Position numbers and translations under genes: made by a program
Source of the DNA: Pseudomonadota bacterium
GTDB lineage: Bacteria; BMS3Abin14
DNA: 41,151 nucleotides
Assembly (NCBI GenBank): GCA_003228585.1
Contig: QIEJ01000185.1
Span: 1-41,151, forward strand
Direction: 5' to 3'
Shown: in pieces, positions 35,580 to 41,151 of the stretch
How positions within the stretch are numbered: position 1 is the first letter of the stretch
Layout of the letters: each line of letters opens with the position of its first letter
The notes under the pieces: generated by a model
What the model saw: the letters and a program-made list of their open reading frames with translations, nothing else
Databases searched by the model: none
What the model was told of the DNA's origin: nothing

Positions 35580-36785
35580 TCACTCCCCAGGGTTGACGAA
35601 GGTAAACCCCCTGGACGTCAACTCCATCTTGTACTGTCGAGCAAAGGGATAAGATATATCGGACGGTAAAATGTAATCTCCCTTGACAAGGTCCTGCCCC
35701 TCCATGGGGTATGACCCCTTCTCAAGGCGATAGATCCGGGCTGCCAGATCCAACCGATCAATCTGAGCCTGGGAAACCGATTTCCTGATCATGACAGCCT
35801 TTTCGGATGTCATCTGTGAAAAGACAAGGAATCGATAACCGGACAGGCTCAGCGTGGAGAAGGCAATAAAGAGTAGACCGCCGACCAGAGCGAAGGTCAG
35901 AACCATGGTCAGAAGGCGTCTGCCGCCCCTGACCTTCTCCTCATGCTCAACAGACCTCGGTGTGGAGGCGGGTACCTTGACCGGCTTTATGAGACCGTAT
36001 CCCAAAAGGTCGACCAGGGCTCGGGCCGTTTCGAAATCTCCCAGCAGTGTTCGGTAGGCGAGACCACTGACCGAAAGCTCACCATCCATCAGGCCAAGGA
36101 CCTTCTCCTGCTCGGTGGTAAGCAGGACCCGATCCCCATCATAGGATTTTGGTTTGCTCTCGCCAAACACATCAATACCTGCCTCGTCGTCCTCCCTCGC
36201 TTCCTGCTCCATCTCGGATCTCCGGAAGATCTTATCCTCAACCCCGGGAACGCGGGCGAACACCATATCCATAGAGGGTATCTTGACCTTGATCCCAGGC
36301 CACTCATCGATGATCCTGGCAGCCTCCATGAGCACGTATTCAGCGGATAGAGGGACAATGTACTTTTGGTCGTATGAAACATTGCTGGCCTCGAAACGGT
36401 AATTACCACTTGTCCACTGAAAGATTTTGAACAAGGTCTCTTTTATCTGGAAGGTAAAAACGGTCTGGAACTGCTCAGAGGTCAGATACCGTTTATCCTG
36501 CAGGACCACACCCAGCAGCTTCATTGTCCTGGCCTGTTCCTCCAGTGCGCTTTCCAACTGGGCACTATCCAGCAGCCCGGACTTGACCATGATAGCCCCG
36601 ATTTTTTCCTTTTCCTCGGTGGCGCTGGAACCCGGCTCAGCGCTGACAATCTTTCCATCCTCGAAGGTTACCGCGACACTTTTCCCGCGGTCCTCGAGGG
36701 AGAGCACACCCGTCTTCCTCTGATGAGCTATGAGCTGGAAGATGTCCGACAAACCGAAGTCTTTGAGGGTGCCTTTCAGCGCCAT
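35580..36785 (-). CDS. DUF4388 (PATAN) domain protein with a C-terminal membrane anchor
   Basis: 401 aa: MALKGTLKDFGLSDIFQLIAHQRKTGVLSLED (DUF4388 signature) and a TM segment LLTMVLTFALVGGLLFIAFSTL near residue 300. 3-nt gap to phoH. Confidence 0.65.
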   Translation of the reverse strand: MALKGTLKDFGLSDIFQLIAHQRKTGVLSLEDRGKSVAVTFEDGKIVSAEPGSSATEEKEKIGAIMVKSGLLDSAQLESALEEQARTMKLLGVVLQDKRYLTSEQFQTVFTFQIKETLFKIFQWTSGNYRFEASNVSYDQKYIVPLSAEYVLMEAARIIDEWPGIKVKIPSMDMVFARVPGVEDKIFRRSEMEQEAREDDEAGIDVFGESKPKSYDGDRVLLTTEQEKVLGLMDGELSVSGLAYRTLLGDFETARALVDLLGYGLIKPVKVPASTPRSVEHEEKVRGGRRLLTMVLTFALVGGLLFIAFSTLSLSGYRFLVFSQMTSEKAVMIRKSVSQAQIDRLDLAARIYRLEKGSYPMEGQDLVKGDYILPSDISYPFARQYKMELTSRGFTFVNPGE

Positions 36786-36789
36786 TGTC

Positions 36790-38784
36790 CTACCTCTCTT
36801 CCAGTCTGCGGCCGATACTGAGAAGGGCTATGGCGTAGTATATAATGAAGATAGAGATGAATATTACCCTCCCGGTGGGACCTGTCTGGATTTGAAGCAT
36901 AGTTGTGTTGCGGAAAAGGCCGTACCAAAGAATCCATTTGGCCCAGAAACCCATGGTAATGGCGATCATCACCAGAGCCGGCCACCCGGTTCCCAGCAGG
37001 ACATGACCCATGCCCGGCAGCAGGACGGTTGTTCCTCTGGCCACCAGTCCCCGTTTTCGTTTGAAACGCATTATCTGCATCATCTTCTTAACTCTGCTGG
37101 CTGGATCTACACCCGTCCTGACGACAAAAATGTGGCGGCACTGAGAACAGAGCTCTTCCGTGCTCGACTCAGTACATTTGGGGCAGTGGAGCTGGTTGCA
37201 CTGCCTGCATCGGCTCGCTGTCGTCAGTCTTGCACCCAGCGGCCATGTTATGAGGACAAGAATTGAAGCCGCAGGGAAAACAAACCACGAGAGGCCAAAC
37301 GGTACCTTCGGAATAAACCCGAACCAGAGATTCTCTCTCCACTGCCTGCTGTCAGGGTTCAGTTTGAGAGCACCGGTGAGATATTCTTTCAAGCTGCCGA
37401 AAATATCGATGGTGATCCTCTGCTGTCCGTCCCTTCGAACCGCCGACAGCGACCCTGTAAGATCCGGATCCTTTTCCTGGGCCAGAAGAAACTCCTTCTC
37501 CCCCTCTTCCAGTTGAAGATTCTCCCGAAGTGCCTGGCTGAAATTGTAATGAATCCGCGCATCATCGCTGTACCGCAAGGCTCTGCGGTAATACTCGATG
37601 GCTTGTTCAATCCTGCCGAAACCCAACATGACGTTCGCCAGGTTGTTTAGAACCGGGGCAGATTCCGGGTCCATGTCGACTGCCTGCCTCAGAAGCCCTT
37701 CAGCCTCTTTACCTCTCCCGCCCCTCTTGAGCACAACGGCCAGTGCCGTTAAAACCCGCGGGTCATCGGGATTGCTTATGCGCAGTTTATGAAGTTCTTC
37801 AATGGTCCGAATCCCCTCGCCACCCATTTCGGCCTTGTAAATCGTCAAACCGGTCGAACCTCCGTAAAAGGCGTTGCTCAGGGCAAGGATGTGGATCAGA
37901 ATGGGTAAGGAAATCATGAGAAAGACCGCCAGGGCAACGGTGACCCTCTCACGTGAGTTCAGGTGAGCAATCATGAGTAGAGCGACCAGTATTATCCAGA
38001 GAGTTAATGCCAGTCCCGTTAGAAGAAGGATACCGAGCACAACCGGGATAACAATGTACCAGGCCCATTGAGGAATTTTGATCAAATGAGTCAGATCGTG
38101 AGCAATTCTTGGAAATGTACGAAACGCAAACAGGAGGATCGTGATAACCGAGGCAGCAAGGAGACTGGAAAAGATCCATAAGAATAGACCGAGGGCCCAG
38201 GGAAAGATGGATCTGAAATCCCTGGTAAATTTGCCCAATCCTTCAAGAACAGCATCCAGTGAAGCCAGGGCCCTAAATTGATTCTGGCGCCACTTTGTCC
38301 TGGCCATCTGGAAGTTTGACGCAGGGTCATCGGGGGCAAGTCTGATTGAATATTCAATGAGTTCGTAGGCATCGCTGTAGCGGGACTGATCCCTTGCCCG
38401 GGAAGCTTCGAAGAGAAGTGCGGCAGCGGGGATGTAGAGATTGGGAATACCGGATTTGATCCGGTAGTTTTCGATCCGGTCGAGATACTTTTCAGCTTCG
38501 ACGAGATTGCCTCTAAGGGCATTCTGCCGAAAAGCATACCAGTCATCCTCCCACGGTGCTCTGAATCCCGGAGGGGGGACTCTGGCCTGGCCGCCCTCTC
38601 CGGTTTCTGTCTCCTCTCCCTGAGGAATATCGAGGACATCCGCCAGGGGAAAGTCTACCGTTAACTCACTTACCTCAATGGCTGGAGCCGGTGTAGACAG
38701 GAAAAAGGTGAGGACAAGAAGGAGAACGGTAAAACCGATAACTGTTCTCAAAATGGGAAGGTTACCCCTTCTCTTTAACGGCAT
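36790..38784 (-). CDS. Polytopic membrane protein with TPR repeats and a Cys4 zinc-ribbon
   Basis: 664 aa: signal/anchor, several TM blocks, TPR-like helices (AEGLLRQAVDMDPESAPVLNNLANVMLGFGRIEQAIEYYRRALRY) and CRQCNQLHCPKCTESSTEELCSQCRH. ATG 38784 overlaps the upstream gene by 23 nt; TTG 38751 is an alternative start. Confidence 0.6.
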   Translation of the reverse strand: MPLKRRGNLPILRTVIGFTVLLLVLTFFLSTPAPAIEVSELTVDFPLADVLDIPQGEETETGEGGQARVPPPGFRAPWEDDWYAFRQNALRGNLVEAEKYLDRIENYRIKSGIPNLYIPAAALLFEASRARDQSRYSDAYELIEYSIRLAPDDPASNFQMARTKWRQNQFRALASLDAVLEGLGKFTRDFRSIFPWALGLFLWIFSSLLAASVITILLFAFRTFPRIAHDLTHLIKIPQWAWYIVIPVVLGILLLTGLALTLWIILVALLMIAHLNSRERVTVALAVFLMISLPILIHILALSNAFYGGSTGLTIYKAEMGGEGIRTIEELHKLRISNPDDPRVLTALAVVLKRGGRGKEAEGLLRQAVDMDPESAPVLNNLANVMLGFGRIEQAIEYYRRALRYSDDARIHYNFSQALRENLQLEEGEKEFLLAQEKDPDLTGSLSAVRRDGQQRITIDIFGSLKEYLTGALKLNPDSRQWRENLWFGFIPKVPFGLSWFVFPAASILVLITWPLGARLTTASRCRQCNQLHCPKCTESSTEELCSQCRHIFVVRTGVDPASRVKKMMQIMRFKRKRGLVARGTTVLLPGMGHVLLGTGWPALVMIAITMGFWAKWILWYGLFRNTTMLQIQTGPTGRVIFISIFIIYYAIALLSIGRRLEER

Positions 38785-39217
38785 TTAAAAATTTCCATTT
38801 GAGTTCCGCGGTAGCGTTTTCCAGAAATTTCTTCTCCTCTTCTGACAGGTTTCCCTCTGTTTTATTCTTCAGCACGTCCAGGATATCTATGGTCTGCTTG
38901 GCGGCATCGAGGTTTTGCTCCTTTTTTCCATTGGTGGGGTCTTCCATCTCACCTAGCTGGATCAGGGCCGAGCTGAACAGGGAAAAAATAAAAGTCGAGA
39001 AATCCACCCGGGGCATATTGTCGTATCCGGGCAATTCTCCGGCCTGTTCATCATCAGTGGCCTCTGTTGCTGCGTCTTCCCCGGATTCGTCCGGTGCCAC
39101 CTCGTCTTTGATCTCCTCGGCGGTTGCTTCCTCATCGGGTTTTTCGTATTCACCGCCACTGGAGGTTCTGCGATCCTCGACCTTAAAACCTTTACCGCTG
39201 TCTTTATCGTCAGCCAT
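38762..39217 (-). CDS. DUF1844 domain protein
   Basis: 151 aa with an acidic N-terminal half, then FSTFIFSLFSSALIQLGEMEDP, which I recognise as DUF1844-like. Confidence 0.65.
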   Translation of the reverse strand: MADDKDSGKGFKVEDRRTSSGGEYEKPDEEATAEEIKDEVAPDESGEDAATEATDDEQAGELPGYDNMPRVDFSTFIFSLFSSALIQLGEMEDPTNGKKEQNLDAAKQTIDILDVLKNKTEGNLSEEEKKFLENATAELKWKFLNAVKEKG

Positions 39218-39247
39218 GCAACAACCTTCCTCTCCACAGGGTGCTCA

Positions 39248-39277
39248 AATATACCAATTTCAGCCCACAAGTGGCAA
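39248..39277 (-). promoter_or_regulatory. Candidate sigma70-type promoter for the DUF1844-to-phoH operon
   Basis: Coding strand TTGCCA, an 18-nt spacer, then TATATT, about 30 nt upstream of ATG 39217, followed by a GGAGAGGAAGG RBS. Pattern match only. Confidence 0.4.
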
Positions 39278-39374
39278 GGGAATGTAATGCGAGGGTGCGG
39301 TGCGACTTTCGCGGCCTGTGCGGGGTAAAACGCACCGGTCGAGGCGGACGAGCCGCACTCCAACCGAAGGGTGG

Positions 39375-40583
39375 CTACTTGCTCTCGATCTCCTTCAGTG
39401 TCCTCAAAATGGCGTTCATTCCGGGATCATCGTTGATATCGTGGATGTCCACGTACCTGACGATACCCTCTTTGTCGATGACGAAAATGGCCCTTTCCGC
39501 GACCCCTTCTGACCTGAGGACGTTGTAGAGCAACGCCACCTGTCCGTGGGGCCAGAAATCGCTGAGGACGGGGAAGGAAGTGTTCAGGCCCCTGGACCAC
39601 GCCTGAAGTGTGGGCAGATTATTGACAAGCACACTCAGAACCTGAGTGTCCATTTCCGCGAAACGAGGTTTCAATTCCTCGTACGCGGACATCTGCCCGC
39701 TTCACGTAGGTGTGAAGGCCGCCGGGAAAAAGGAAATCACCACATTCTTCTTACCCCTGTAATCGCTGAGCGTGATCTCCCCTCCCTGAGCACTGGGCAG
39801 GGTAAAATCAGGGGCCTTCTGTCCCACCCGCACCTCGTTTGTGGGCTTCATTCGCGGGGCGGGCACCCAGAGGGGGACCTGGCCCTGACCGAAAGCGCTC
39901 CCGTCCGCATAAGCCGCCGATGGCTGGATCAATCCGAGGAAGGCCGATTTCAGATAACCAAGGGCATCCAGTGACGATAGTTCCTTGAGCGCTTTGTCGA
40001 CCTCCTGCCTGTAGTTCTCATAGGGCTGCGCACCCTTGATCATGGTTCCGTTGATAATAACGGTGGGTGTACTCCAGACATCAAGATCGTGCACCATGTC
40101 CAGATTCTTCTGAAGTTCATCCAGATGATCCATGTTATCCATGCTCTTTATAAATCGGTCCATATCCAGACCCAATTTACGCGCCAGGCTCTCAATCACA
40201 TCCCTGTCCAGTTCAGGAGCGTTCTCGAAAAGAAGGTCATGCATTTCCCAGAATTTCCCCTGGTCCCAGGCCGCATAGGAAGCAAGGGCGGTGTCACGGG
40301 AAATATGGGAGTAGGTTCTCATGTAGGGAACATAGACAAACCTGATCTTACCCTCGTATTCTTCGTAGAGTTTCTTGAAGGTCGGACCGACCTCCTTGCA
40401 GAAGGGTCACATGAAATCCCCTATTTCATAAACCGTAACGGGTGCGTCGTCAGGCCCCTTGGAGGGCGCCCGGACAGGTTCAAACTCCACCTTCTGAGCG
40501 GACGCTGCGGGCACGGCGACCGTGGTGAAAACCATGACCGTGACGGATAACAAAACGGCCAGCAAGAGGATTCTTCGTTTCAT
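39375..40583 (-). CDS. Secreted DsbA-like / AhpE-like peroxiredoxin fusion selenoprotein (two in-frame UGA = Sec)
   Basis: One frame is open from ATG 40583 (GGGGG RBS) to TAG 39375 except TGA 40407..40409 and TGA 39702..39704. Signal peptide MKRRILLLAVLLSVTVMVFTTVAVPAASA. DsbA/Thioredoxin_4-like domain: APVTVYEIGDFM-U-PFCKEVGPTFKKL...QGKFWEMHDLLF...STPTVIINGT. Peroxiredoxin domain: VGQKAPDFTLPS...VVISFFPAAFTPT-U-SGQMSAYEEL...FPVLSDFWPHG...AIFVIDKEGIVRY. 402 codons. Confidence 0.8.
39655..39689 (-). promoter_or_regulatory. Candidate bacterial SECIS hairpin for the peroxiredoxin UGA
   Basis: RNA UCCGCG-U-ACGAGG-AAUUGAAA-CCUCGU-UU-CGCGGA: two 6-bp helices, a 1x2 internal loop and an 8-nt apical loop. 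It starts 12 nt after UGA 39704..39702. Confidence 0.55.
40377..40395 (-). promoter_or_regulatory. Candidate bacterial SECIS hairpin for the DsbA-like UGA
   Basis: RNA GGAGGUC-GGUCC-GACCUUC: a 7-bp stem (one G-U) with an apical loop beginning GGU. It starts 11 nt after UGA 40409..40407. Confidence 0.55.
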
Positions 40584-40606
40584 TGGTTTTACCCCCTTTT
40601 AAATCA

Positions 40607-40627
40607 GTTTCTGGTTTCAGGTTTCAA
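40607..40627 (-). repeat. Heptanucleotide array (3 units) in the selenoprotein gene leader
   Basis: Plus strand gtttctg|gtttcag|gtttcaa. Coding strand TTGAAAC CTGAAAC CAGAAAC, 24 nt upstream of ATG 40583. Same unit as the cheA leader. Confidence 0.6.
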
Positions 40628-40655
40628 GCTTTTTACCACAATGACTATGGATGGA

Positions 40656-40664
40656 ATTATAGCA
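40656..40664 (-). promoter_or_regulatory. Candidate extended -10 promoter element (TGcTATAAT) for the selenoprotein gene
   Basis: Coding strand ...gaatatcgaTGCTATAATtccatcc..., about 70 nt upstream of the ATG. The -35 is weak (TGGAAC). Pattern match only. Confidence 0.4.
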
Positions 40665-40770
40665 TCGATATTCAGGCAGTTCCATCTTTCGCCAGACGGA
40701 CAAGCGGAAAGTGGAAGGTGGAAAGGGAAAACCAGAAGGGCTAATGAGGGGGAACCGGAGAAACGCGCAG

Positions 40771-40815
40771 GTCATTGCGATGACCCTGAGTCCCGCCTTT
40801 TGCGGGATCGAAGGG
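40771..40815. repeat. Family-B element core, copy 2
   Basis: gtcattgcgatgaccctgagtcccgccttttgcgggatcgaaggg versus 20431..20475, differing at 3 positions (one is a 1-nt indel). Same orientation. Confidence 0.75.
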
Positions 40816-41151
40816 AACGTGGCCATCGCAGTTGGTCGACTGGGGACCTATAAAATCTGGTTCATCCGGGAAATGGGTACCTGTAAAGGAAGCCTGATTT
40901 CTCGCGCTCGCTCGTTGCAAAAGCTGATTTACCACAGCGTGACCATTAAAAGGTCACTCCACAGGGTTTCACAAAGATTCTGTCTCACGCCCGTTCCCTC
41001 CGGTCACTCAAGCCGCAAAGGACGCCAAGGAGTTCATGAACAAAGCTCCTCCTCATGGGAGAGATCAGGTGAGGAGGATATGTCACCCTGTGAAACCCCG
41101 CCTGCCCTGAGCCTGTCGAAGGGTGGAGCAACCTCCAAATGGCTGCGCTGT

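Noticed and set aside
39693-39704. Reading 39702..40322 and 39375..39692 as two separate genes, or as a peroxiredoxin pseudogene broken by a nonsense mutation.
   Set aside because: The break is a TGA exactly at the peroxidatic Cys, the frame is otherwise intact, and a hairpin follows at SECIS distance. A second TGA sits at the CxxC Cys of the upstream domain. Neither fragment alone would be a complete fold.
236-40583. Genome-wide TGA reassignment (code 4/25-like) as the explanation for the in-frame TGAs.
   Set aside because: TGA ends well-supported genes here (udg 236..238, the HEAT gene 13606..13608). The prfB frameshift cassette relies on TGA as a stop. Both internal TGAs align with Cys, not with Trp or Gly.

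Overview
This 41.1-kb window is almost entirely one tightly packed run of minus-strand genes; rpsT is the only plus-strand gene. Left to right: a truncated AsmA-like gene, udg, coaBC, an MBL hydrolase, dtd, ogt, murJ, rpsT (+), holA, lptE and leuS. Next comes a ~12.5-kb chemosensory cluster: cheY, coiled-coil GAF protein, cheB, cheR, HEAT-repeat protein, zinc-ribbon pseudo-receiver, cheW, ExeA-like AAA ATPase, cheA, cheY, DUF4388-REC-GAF protein. No MCP gene is visible in it. Then follow a metallophosphoesterase, a small unknown gene, nusB-ribH-ribBA-ribE-ribD, prfB (classic +1 frameshift), lnt, corC, ybeY, a 7TM-HD phosphohydrolase, phoH, a DUF4388 protein, a TPR/zinc-ribbon membrane protein and a DUF1844 protein. 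The most interesting locus is at the right end and is hidden in the ORF track. Two ORFs plus an unlisted 58-codon ORF join through two in-frame TGA codons into one 402-aa secreted protein. Each TGA sits at a catalytic redox Cys position: U-P-F-C in a DsbA-like thioredoxin domain and T-P-T-U in an AhpE-like peroxiredoxin domain. Each is followed 11-12 nt later by a hairpin, so I read this as a two-selenocysteine fusion selenoprotein. Nearly every non-coding gap over 60 nt holds structured repeats: three families of palindromic REP/MITE-like elements (3, 2 and 2 copies), and arrays of imperfect 7-nt tandem repeats just upstream of start codons. Gene content suggests a Gram-negative, Desulfobacterota-like anaerobe (leuS-lptE-holA, lnt, MJ0042 zinc ribbon, DUF4388, selenoprotein); this is inference only. 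I saw no rRNA, tRNA, CRISPR array, transposase or integrase.
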